Shown in pieces: positions 54,455 to 62,507 of a DNA stretch of 64,000 bases. Location of the stretch: positions 100,408-164,407 of the forward strand of contig JAEUUY010000021.1 of NCBI GenBank assembly GCA_016787225.1. Direction: 5' to 3'. This stretch comes from Chitinophagales bacterium. GTDB lineage: Bacteria; Bacteroidota; Bacteroidia; Chitinophagales; JADJOU01. A program made the translations under genes and the position numbers. Position 1 is the stretch's first letter. Each line of letters begins with the position of its first letter. Below the pieces are notes generated by a model. The model made no database searches. It was not told where the DNA came from and saw nothing but the letters and a program-made list of their open reading frames with translations.

Positions 54455-55834
54455 ATGTTAAGAATTATTTTGTGTGTATTGTTTTTCACTGGTTTAGCAA
54501 TGCCTTCGTATTCTCAAAAAGGAAAAACAAGCCCTGCCAATGCCCCTCAACTCGACCAGAAAAAATTAGCCAAAGCTAATGCACTTATCGGTCAGGCGAT
54601 GAAAGAAAAAGATAAAGGAAAGCAAGGAGAAATGCTCAATAGTGCTCTAGAACTCTATCGTGAGATGAAAATGCAGAAAGAGGGCAATCTGGCTATAGGA
54701 GATGCCTTTTATAATAAGGGAGATTTGAAAGCTGCTGACAGATATTATGCAAAGGGCGGCAAGGAGAATAAAACGGAAACCAAGGATAAAGTGGGGAAAG
54801 CATATCTAGAAGAAGCATTTAAAGAAACGGATCCTAAACTGCAGAAGAAAGCATTTGATAATGCTTTTAAAGCACTTTCTAAAGCATATAATCCTGCAGA
54901 AGCCAATAGACTAATAGGGAATGAATTTTTTGATTTAGGGATGGATTATTATCCACAAGCTTTAGATTACTATCAAAAAGCAGGCTACAATGAAGGTATC
55001 TTTCTTATTGGAGATTTGTACGCTGCTAAACCAGAAAATATTGAGCAAGCCGCAGCTACCTATATAATAACTAAGCAAAGAGACGGCTATAAAAAAGCAG
55101 GTGATTTGTATTACAATAAAGGTGATTTGGTAAAAGCTATGGAGTATTACGCTACAGGTGGAGTTATCGAAGGGTATCAAAAATTTGCAGTTGAGTTAAA
55201 AAAAGCAGATAAAATTAAAGAGTACAATCAGGTAGTGGAAATTATTACCGATACCCTCAAAAAGCGCAATGACAATGACGCAGTTAGTGAATACGCAGTA
55301 CAAGCAGAAAGGGATAACAATTATGTCTTAGCTTCTAGTTTATATGGTAAATTAGGAAATACTAAGCTAGAGAAGCAATATGCTGCTTATAATCACATGA
55401 TGGGATTAGAAGTAATCCCAGCTAAAGAGATTTTCAAAGCGAATGGCAATGAAGATATTGCAGAAGATATAGACAAAAATATAAAAGCGTTGACTGATAT
55501 GCAGCAAAGCTTATTTGTGTTAAGAGAATTGGAAAAAAATGTTCCCAAAGTGGCCTCTAAAATTAATCCGCATAGTGGTGAGTTAGAGTTTGATAAAAAT
55601 GACTTAAAATTAAGGTCTCAACATTATGGTAATCCTTCCACTCAAAAATCTATAGCGGACGTAGTCTATGGTGTGAGTGCAAATTACGCTAAATTGAAAG
55701 GGAATGCCAAACTACTAGGACTGGTCAGAGAAGCTATGTTGAAGTTTAAACCAGTTAAAAATATATTAGATAATTATGATTTTACTAAAAAAATCATACC
55801 TATAAATATTACCCCAGCTGCAGTAACATTCTAG
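54455..55834 (+). CDS. secreted helical-repeat (TPR/Sel1-like) protein of unknown function
   Basis: The signal peptide is MLRIILCVLFFTGLAMPSYSQ. The motif GDxxYNKGDLxKAxxYYAxGG recurs (GDAFYNKGDLKAADRYYAKGG, GDLYYNKGDLVKAMEYYATGG). The ORF track start (54152) is an antisense-overlapping extension. Confidence 0.55.
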   Translation: MLRIILCVLFFTGLAMPSYSQKGKTSPANAPQLDQKKLAKANALIGQAMKEKDKGKQGEMLNSALELYREMKMQKEGNLAIGDAFYNKGDLKAADRYYAKGGKENKTETKDKVGKAYLEEAFKETDPKLQKKAFDNAFKALSKAYNPAEANRLIGNEFFDLGMDYYPQALDYYQKAGYNEGIFLIGDLYAAKPENIEQAAATYIITKQRDGYKKAGDLYYNKGDLVKAMEYYATGGVIEGYQKFAVELKKADKIKEYNQVVEIITDTLKKRNDNDAVSEYAVQAERDNNYVLASSLYGKLGNTKLEKQYAAYNHMMGLEVIPAKEIFKANGNEDIAEDIDKNIKALTDMQQSLFVLRELEKNVPKVASKINPHSGELEFDKNDLKLRSQHYGNPSTQKSIADVVYGVSANYAKLKGNAKLLGLVREAMLKFKPVKNILDNYDFTKKIIPINITPAAVTF

Positions 55835-55853
55835 GGAAGATATTATTTTTGAG

Positions 55854-58800
55854 GTGGATATTTGGGATTTTCTAGCTCGAAATACTACCAGTTCAAAATT
55901 GCAATTTAAAAAATGGCTCGATATTACATCGGGTCATTTTTCATTTAAGGACTCAACTCATAGTGAAATAAGTCAGGTAAAGCGCATAGTAAGAAGTGCT
56001 CAAGAAGTCTATAGTGAATCAGGAAGAATATTAATATTGCTATCGAGTCATCAATATTTTAGCAATGAATTAGACCAATATATACCGCTTTTCTTATCTC
56101 CGGTCCATTTGGAATGGAGAAAAAAGGAGCAAGAACTGCATTGGGAACAAATAGGTACTTATTTTATAAATCCTAGTTTATATTCTGGTTATATAGAATT
56201 AACAATCCATGAGTTAGATAGCTGGATAAATAGTCAAACACATATAGATCCATCGAAAATTATTAGCGGAGTATCAGCTTTATACTTTGATTTAAATCAT
56301 AAGGCTTACCTACAAAAAGATTTGGAATTAGTACAGTCAAATCGATTGACAAGTAGAGCCTTGCAAGACTTGTTCAATGATGAGATTTACAAATTTAATT
56401 CGGCCCCATCACCGGACTTTTTATCTATTATTCATGGTTTACCAATTGATAATAGTCAGGCTAAGGCTATGACATTGGCACACAATAATTCTTGTCATAT
56501 TTCAGGACCGCCTGGCACAGGTAAAAGCCAAACTATACTCAATCTTGCCATTCAAGAAGTGTTGGCTGGTAAACGTGTTGCCATTTTATCTCAAAAGAAG
56601 GCAGCTCTTGATGTTCTTCTACAAAGATTTGATAGATTAGATTTGAATAGTTTGGTGTTAAATTTATTGGATGATACAAATATTCATAGTTTTTATCGGA
56701 GTATAGAAACAAGATTAGAAAAGCTATTGACAAAGGGTGATCATAGTTCTAACGAAAATTTTAATTATACTTATTTCAAACATTGTGTTCGAACTATAGA
56801 GGATTACTTCACCGCAGTTCAACAATTGAGAAAAAAAGAGAATAAAAAGATAAATGATTATGAGCTTGAAAACGATATTCATTCTTATGCGTTGTTAAAT
56901 GTATTTTTTCCTAGACAAGACTTCATTCAAATTTCTCCAAAGGATATTATTCAGAAAGTGATTCAAACTCAGGAATTATTAAAAGGTCTAAATCTCTTGC
57001 TAGACCATACTCTCGGTTTACTAGCCACATTAGAACAACCTTTAAATATAGTTACGCAGTTCAATTTCGACATATTAAGAAAACTGGTTAAGCATAAAAA
57101 ACTACCCAAGAAAGTGGCGCAGATGGAGCTTAAAATCAAAAGGCATTTGGCGTCTAAACCAAGAGAAAATTTCTTGGTAAAAATTCAGAAAGATAAATTA
57201 AGCTACTATCTTGAACATCTAAAGGAAGATAGGTTTTGGAAAAATTGGTTTAAGCCAAAAGCAAAAGAAATTGAAGGTGAAATTTTAAAAATCAACAAAG
57301 ATTGGCATGCGCTCAAAATATGGAATAAAATAGAATACGTAACGTCGGCATTAGAGTACATAGCATGGGAAGAAGAATACCAAAGACTCAATTTAGAAGA
57401 TCGAAATCAAAGACAAGAAACTTTGGCAGGCAGCGAAAGTGAAAACTTGAAATATGTTTTAAATAAACTTAATGCAAATTTACCGTCTTGGTCATTTGTA
57501 TCAGCAAACTGGTTAAGCAAAAATGATTTTCAAGAGAAAAAATGGAGAGAGCTGATTCAGAATGTAAAATGGATACTTCAAAAAAATCCTAATCTTACCT
57601 CTTGGAGTGTACAACAGTTTTTAGAACTGGATTGGAGTTCTGAAAGACCTATGGAGAATTATTTATGGGAGAAATTATGTAGCCTGGATTTTAAAAATTT
57701 GAGAGAATGGGAACAATTCAGGTATAATACGAAGGAATCTCCACAGCAATATCCAGTGCTTAAGAATTATAATGTCAGAGAACTTATTCGAATGCGAAAC
57801 TTTGTTCGAAGCAATTACACTAATTTTATGAATTATCAGCTAGTATCTGCTTTGGAAGGCTATCAACGAGAAAATGAAGAGTACTTTCACTCTGTATTGA
57901 ATACAAGAAAAAAAGAGACAAAGATAAAACGTGATACCTGGAAAAAATCCATTCAATTTATACAAAAGAAATGGTCTAGCAAGCGAATGAAGCCAACTCT
58001 GTTTCAAGCTATATCTAAATTAGATATCGATTTTTTACTGTGGTTAAAACCAATAACCATATCAAGTTTAGATAAAATGTCTAAGTTTTTTCCTTTAAGA
58101 CCAGAGTTGTTTGATGTTGTTATCATGGACGAGGCTAGTCAAATTGAATTATTAGATAGTATTCCTGCTTTAATTCGAGCCAAAAAGGTGATAGTTGTTG
58201 GTGACGGTCAGCAACTGACCCCGACAAGATTTTTTAAGTACCACAATTACAGTTTAGAATCTCCACATGAGAGTTTATTGGAATTAGCTGAAGAAAAGTT
58301 GCCTTCCATCCAACTAAATTATCAATATAGAGCTAAGTATCGAGAGTTGATTTATTTTTCAAATTATCATTTTTATTCTAATTTATTAAATACAACAAAT
58401 TCTTCTTCAAATCAAGCTGTACAGCGAATTTATCTTTCAGATGGAATCTACAAAAATCGCAAAAACGATCAGGAGGCTGAGAAAATCGTTGAGAGTATAA
58501 TGGAACAAATGATATCCTTCGGGAATTCTAAATCCATTGGTGTCATTACCTTTTCAATACAGCAGAAAGAAGCTATTCTTTCAAAAATAGAAGAGAAAAT
58601 AGTTTCAAGTCCTCAATTTAATAAACTCATTCTAGATTTAGATAGAACCTTAGAACCATTCTTTGTGAAAAGTATAGAACAGGTTCAGGGAGACGAGCGA
58701 GATATCATTCTTATAAGTTCAGGCTATGGAAAAAACGAAAATGGCAAAATTTATCATTTCTTTGGACCTATTTTAATGCATAAAGGAGAGAATAGACTAA

Positions 58801-59009
58801 ATGTACTTATGTCTAGAGCTCGTGAAAAAATAGTGTTCGTCACATCGCTGATGAGTTCAGATATAACCTTAAGTAATACTTCAAATCATGGATTAAGGCT
58901 ATTTAGAGAACTGCTTACTTATATTGAAAATCCCATTATAAGCTATACTCCTAGAATGAAAAATGATAAAAATTATTGGGAGTATCTTATCAATCCGTTT
59001 AGGAAATAG
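55854..59009 (+). CDS. DUF4011-like Upf1/DNA2-type superfamily-1 helicase (AAA_11/AAA_12), no nuclease domain
   Basis: Motif I is ISGPPGTGKSQT and motif II VIMDEASQIE. The other motifs are VVGDGQQLTPT, YQYRAKYRELIYFSNYHFY, VQGDERDIILIS and NRLNVLMSRAREKIVFV. The N-terminal ~110 aa (RIVRSAQEVYSESGRILILL....IPLFLSPVHLEW) recall DUF4011. About 540 aa separate motifs I and II. The start is uncertain (GTG 55854 or TTG 55899). Confidence 0.85.
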   Translation: MDIWDFLARNTTSSKLQFKKWLDITSGHFSFKDSTHSEISQVKRIVRSAQEVYSESGRILILLSSHQYFSNELDQYIPLFLSPVHLEWRKKEQELHWEQIGTYFINPSLYSGYIELTIHELDSWINSQTHIDPSKIISGVSALYFDLNHKAYLQKDLELVQSNRLTSRALQDLFNDEIYKFNSAPSPDFLSIIHGLPIDNSQAKAMTLAHNNSCHISGPPGTGKSQTILNLAIQEVLAGKRVAILSQKKAALDVLLQRFDRLDLNSLVLNLLDDTNIHSFYRSIETRLEKLLTKGDHSSNENFNYTYFKHCVRTIEDYFTAVQQLRKKENKKINDYELENDIHSYALLNVFFPRQDFIQISPKDIIQKVIQTQELLKGLNLLLDHTLGLLATLEQPLNIVTQFNFDILRKLVKHKKLPKKVAQMELKIKRHLASKPRENFLVKIQKDKLSYYLEHLKEDRFWKNWFKPKAKEIEGEILKINKDWHALKIWNKIEYVTSALEYIAWEEEYQRLNLEDRNQRQETLAGSESENLKYVLNKLNANLPSWSFVSANWLSKNDFQEKKWRELIQNVKWILQKNPNLTSWSVQQFLELDWSSERPMENYLWEKLCSLDFKNLREWEQFRYNTKESPQQYPVLKNYNVRELIRMRNFVRSNYTNFMNYQLVSALEGYQRENEEYFHSVLNTRKKETKIKRDTWKKSIQFIQKKWSSKRMKPTLFQAISKLDIDFLLWLKPITISSLDKMSKFFPLRPELFDVVIMDEASQIELLDSIPALIRAKKVIVVGDGQQLTPTRFFKYHNYSLESPHESLLELAEEKLPSIQLNYQYRAKYRELIYFSNYHFYSNLLNTTNSSSNQAVQRIYLSDGIYKNRKNDQEAEKIVESIMEQMISFGNSKSIGVITFSIQQKEAILSKIEEKIVSSPQFNKLILDLDRTLEPFFVKSIEQVQGDERDIILISSGYGKNENGKIYHFFGPILMHKGENRLNVLMSRAREKIVFVTSLMSSDITLSNTSNHGLRLFRELLTYIENPIISYTPRMKNDKNYWEYLINPFRK

Positions 59010-59010
59010 C

Positions 59011-59271
59011 TAATTTAGGTCTTGCTGAATAACGTAAAAATAGTTGAATGATATAGATTTATAAAGTAAAACTCTGAATTTAAGTGCAAGGACTATTAAC
59101 GATTTTACTAGGGTTTGACCAGAATAAGTATGCATTTTAACCAAAAAATATTTGACTACTCAGAAACGCACCAACTACTTCGCCATCTGCACCTCGCAGT
59201 ATTATTATACAGCGTCAGCTTGATGGCTCGTATTTGGCACATTTCTGAGTTATTCAGCAAGCCCTAATTTC
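59011..59271. repeat. ~260-bp segment bounded by 23-bp imperfect inverted repeats (MITE-like or long-range RNA stem)
   Basis: TAATTTAGGTCTTGCTGAATAAC (59011-59033) pairs with the reverse complement of 59249-59271 (GAAATTAGGGCTTGCTGAATAAC) at 20/23 positions. Inside, at 59101-59142, is a degenerate copy of the 126-bp-repeat hairpin domain. Confidence 0.35.
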
Positions 59272-59435
59272 CGTTGAACCCGAATCTTGCAGTTCAAAGT
59301 TATTGAACTGCAGACCGACGAAGAAAATCTAAACATCTAAGTAGTATGATATGGAAGATTTTCTTGTTGGGGTTAACCCTGACATCCTGACGAGTATCTG
59401 TCAGGATCGTCAGCCCTCCGGGCAGATTTTGCATT

Positions 59436-60020
59436 TCAAGTGCAAAATCTGGGTTGAAGATATTTTCCTATAAGATCAAACTCAATATTGACTTTGTTTC
59501 CAATAAGCCATGTATGGGCATTCGTATGTTCCCAGGTATATGGTATTATGGAAACCATAAGTCTATTTTCTGTAAGACTATGACAGGTGAGACTAATGCC
59601 ATCAATAGTGATAGATCCTTTTTCTATAACCAGTGGCATAAATTCTATGGGATATGAAAAACATATATCATAGCTACCTTTTTTTTCTGTGATGGACTCG
59701 CAAATTCCTGTGGTATCCACGTGGCCTTGTACCATATGACCATCCAACCGATCTCCTAATCGTAAACATAATTCTAAATTCACTAAATCATTTGGTTTCC
59801 ATTGTCCAATAGTTGTTTTTTGAATCGTTTCCTGAATAGCTGTTACCCGATATTGATTATCTTTTTTGGTATCGACGGTCAAACAAATTCCATTGTGGGC
59901 TATACTTTGATCTATGTTAATTTCATCGTGTAAATGAGAAGTCAACCATATATGAAGGTTGCCAGCATCTATTTCTACGTTTTCAATTTTTCCTAAGTCT
60001 TTGACAATTCCTGTAAACAT
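59436..60020 (-). CDS. ribE: riboflavin synthase
   Basis: MFTGIVKDLGKI, a duplicated lumazine-binding barrel (NGICLTV / DGISLTC) and the 194-aa length fit ribE. Confidence 0.9.
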   Translation of the reverse strand: MFTGIVKDLGKIENVEIDAGNLHIWLTSHLHDEINIDQSIAHNGICLTVDTKKDNQYRVTAIQETIQKTTIGQWKPNDLVNLELCLRLGDRLDGHMVQGHVDTTGICESITEKKGSYDICFSYPIEFMPLVIEKGSITIDGISLTCHSLTENRLMVSIIPYTWEHTNAHTWLIGNKVNIEFDLIGKYLQPRFCT

Positions 60021-60040
60021 GGATTCATTTAATCTTGGAG

Positions 60041-60048
60041 CAAATTTA
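60041..60048 (-). promoter_or_regulatory. -7 promoter box TAAATTTG (minus strand) for ribE
   Basis: TAnnTTTG lies 21 nt upstream of the ribE ATG. Confidence 0.4.
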
Positions 60049-60136
60049 GTTTTATTTAGCCACAGGTTCTTAATAATTCATATTTAGGAGCGGGAATCTA
60101 ATTAAATTTCTTTTCTATTTTTAATCTATTGATACG

Positions 60137-60144
60137 TAACTTTG
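60137..60144 (+). promoter_or_regulatory. -7 promoter box TAACTTTG only 4 nt before the rluB-type ATG
   Basis: The sequence TAACTTTGcagaATG puts the predicted transcription start at or next to the A of the start codon. Confidence 0.35.
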
Positions 60145-60148
60145 CAGA

Positions 60149-60934
60149 ATGCGATTAAACCAATACATAGCCCATTCTGGTATCTGCAGCCGTAGAGAAG
60201 CAGATAAATTAATCAAAGCTGGGCAAGTAACTGTGAATGATAAACCAGTAGAGAACATAGCCCGACCTCTTGAGGAAGGCGATAAAGTCAAGGTTAATGG
60301 CAAGTTAATTCGACCAGAGAAAAAGATTTATATTTTACTAAATAAGCCAAAAGATTTTATCACTACAACTGATGATGAGAAAGAACGAAAAACAGTGTTA
60401 GATCTTGTAAAATCAGCGCTTAAAAATCCAGCCTATAAGGATTTGAGGATATATCCTGTAGGACGCTTAGATAGAAATACTTCGGGCTTATTACTTTTAA
60501 CGAATGATGGAGAACTGACCCAACAATTAACCCATCCTAAGTATAATGTAGAAAAAATATATATTGCTACACTAGATCGAAAGCTTAGCACCAAAGATGA
60601 AGAGCAGATTATCAAAGGAATAGAACTTGAAGATGGGATTATGAAAGTAGATGAATTAGCTTTTCCAGAACCTATGAATCGCTTCAAGGTGGGTATAACA
60701 ATTCATAGCGGTAAAAATAGAATCGTTCGTCGCATTTTTGAAAAGCTAGAGTATGAAGTAAAGCAATTAGATCGAATAGTTTATGCAGGTCTTACTAAAA
60801 AGGATTTAGCTAGAGGGAAGTGGCGCATGTTAAAACCACATGAGGTTTCTATGTTGCAAAACAAAGGAAAAAAAACACCATATACTGCCTTTAAGGAAAA
60901 CCAGAGGGAATCAAAAAATAAAAAGAGAAGATAG
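60149..60934 (+). CDS. rluB: RsuA/RluB-family 23S/16S rRNA pseudouridine synthase
   Basis: It has an S4 domain (MRLNQYIAHSGICSRREADKLIKAGQVTVN), the catalytic motif GRLDRNTSGLLLLTNDG and a basic C-terminal tail. Confidence 0.85.
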   Translation: MRLNQYIAHSGICSRREADKLIKAGQVTVNDKPVENIARPLEEGDKVKVNGKLIRPEKKIYILLNKPKDFITTTDDEKERKTVLDLVKSALKNPAYKDLRIYPVGRLDRNTSGLLLLTNDGELTQQLTHPKYNVEKIYIATLDRKLSTKDEEQIIKGIELEDGIMKVDELAFPEPMNRFKVGITIHSGKNRIVRRIFEKLEYEVKQLDRIVYAGLTKKDLARGKWRMLKPHEVSMLQNKGKKTPYTAFKENQRESKNKKRR

Positions 60935-60935
60935 A

Positions 60936-61394
60936 ATGAAAGTACTGATGGTCTGTTTAGGAAATATATGTAGATCTCCATTAGCAGAGGGAATTTTGAA
61001 GCATAAATTAGATCAGCGAAATATCGAAGCCTTCGTAGATAGTGCGGGTACAGGTGGATATCATATAGGTAGTCTTCCAGATCAACGTTCGATAGATATT
61101 GCAGAAAAATATGGTATAAATATTTCTGATCAGCGAGCCAGAAAAATCAGAAGTGTAGATTTTGAAGAATTTGATCTTATTTTTGCTATGGATACCTATA
61201 ACTATCAAGATTTGCGAGCTATGGCTAAAGAGGCTGAACTAGGAAAAATTAAAATGATTCTCAATGAGTCTAACCAAAGGAAAAATATGAGTGTTCCTGA
61301 TCCATATTATGGTGGTCAAGATGGTTTCGAAAATGTATTTCAAATGCTAGACTTAGCATGTGAAAATATCGTTAATAATTACTTCAAAAAATAA
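60936..61394 (+). CDS. low-molecular-weight protein-tyrosine phosphatase
   Basis: MKVLMVCLGNICRSPLAEG contains the CX5R(S) P-loop and DPYYG the Asp loop. The real start is ATG 60936, and the ORF track's 60840 overlaps rluB. Confidence 0.88.
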   Translation: MKVLMVCLGNICRSPLAEGILKHKLDQRNIEAFVDSAGTGGYHIGSLPDQRSIDIAEKYGINISDQRARKIRSVDFEEFDLIFAMDTYNYQDLRAMAKEAELGKIKMILNESNQRKNMSVPDPYYGGQDGFENVFQMLDLACENIVNNYFKK

Positions 61395-61399
61395 ACATA

Positions 61400-61849
61400 A
61401 TGAATAAACTAGTCTGTGTAATTCTTATATTTATCCTTAATGTCAGTGCCTCGAAAAAACTGGGACGTAAGCTTTCTGGCAATTTTTCTTGGCAATATAC
61501 TATGACGGAAGATGAATTAATGCTCATAAGAAATACTAATTCAGATAATAGGTTTCAGCCTTATGTGAAATTCAATGCAAATTATACGTTTACAGATACT
61601 AGGTCGGCTAGTTGTGGTAATGACATTATCTACAATAAGAAAGGTCGATATTTTTTATCGAGTAAGCAGTTGATTATGAATTATACCGGAGGGACTTTTT
61701 CGGATAATGTCGGCGGAAATTCTAAACAAGTTTATGTATTGGGAAAAGTGATTTATAAGGTGAACAGAATAACAACCGACACTTTATTTCTAACTAGACT
61801 GCAAGGCAATAGCGAAAAAAGGGTAAGTTTGACAGAAGATAAAAATTAG
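61400..61849 (+). CDS. hypothetical secreted protein
   Basis: 149 aa with an N-terminal signal-like hydrophobic segment and no recognised motif. Confidence 0.4.
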   Translation: MNKLVCVILIFILNVSASKKLGRKLSGNFSWQYTMTEDELMLIRNTNSDNRFQPYVKFNANYTFTDTRSASCGNDIIYNKKGRYFLSSKQLIMNYTGGTFSDNVGGNSKQVYVLGKVIYKVNRITTDTLFLTRLQGNSEKRVSLTEDKN

Positions 61850-61928
61850 AGCATATAAAGTTTAAAAGGATTATAATAACTCCATATTAGTTTTATATCC
61901 TAAAACTTTTCACTTTAAACTAATTAAA

Positions 61929-62507
61929 ATGAATATTATAAAAAAACGATTTGAAGAAAGTATAGCCACAAAGCAAGCAGTATTAAATGATGAATCCTTA
62001 CTTGTAAAAATTGAAGAGATTGCTAATTGCTGTATTACAGCATTGAGAAATGGTGGAAAGATAATTTTCTGTGGTAATGGCGGCAGCGCTGTCGATAGTA
62101 TGCATTTGGCTGCCGAACTCTCAGGTAGATATTATGTAGATAGACCTCCACTAAATGCCGAATCTTTGAGTGCAGATAATGCTTTTCTGACCGCCGTAGC
62201 CAATGATTATGGTTATGAGTTTGTGTTTTCACGATTATTAAAGGCCAAAGGAAAAAAAGGAGATGTTTTGATAGGCATGTCTACCTCTGGCAATTCTAAG
62301 AATATCATAGAAGCTTTTAAAGTAGCTAAAGACTTGGGCGTGACATCTATAGGTTGGACTGGGTCAAAGCCATGCTTAATGGATGATTGCGATATGTTGC
62401 TAAAAGTACCGAGTTCAGATACCCCGCGTATCCAAGAAACTCAAATGCTGATTGGACATATTATTTGTGAAATCATAGAAAAGCATTTCATCGAAAGACC
62501 TTTATGA
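61929..62507 (+). CDS. gmhA: D-sedoheptulose-7-phosphate isomerase (SIS domain)
   Basis: FCGNGGSAVDSMHLAAELSGRY, GMSTSGNSKN and the 192-aa length fit GmhA. Confidence 0.82.
   Translation: MNIIKKRFEESIATKQAVLNDESLLVKIEEIANCCITALRNGGKIIFCGNGGSAVDSMHLAAELSGRYYVDRPPLNAESLSADNAFLTAVANDYGYEFVFSRLLKAKGKKGDVLIGMSTSGNSKNIIEAFKVAKDLGVTSIGWTGSKPCLMDDCDMLLKVPSSDTPRIQETQMLIGHIICEIIEKHFIERPL

Noticed and set aside
59150-59230. A GC-richer patch in the helicase-ribE spacer that reads like a coding fragment (FAICTSQYYYTASA*). It could be a relic of a lost helicase C-terminal domain.
   Set aside because: The open frame is only about 15 codons, no motif is recognisable, and I cannot run tblastn. It is kept only as a note inside the spacer finding.
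60021-60148. FMN riboswitch upstream of ribE.
   Set aside because: The spacer is only 128 bp and AT-rich, with a -7 box 21 nt from the ATG. No FMN-element conserved stems or GC-rich core could be recognised.
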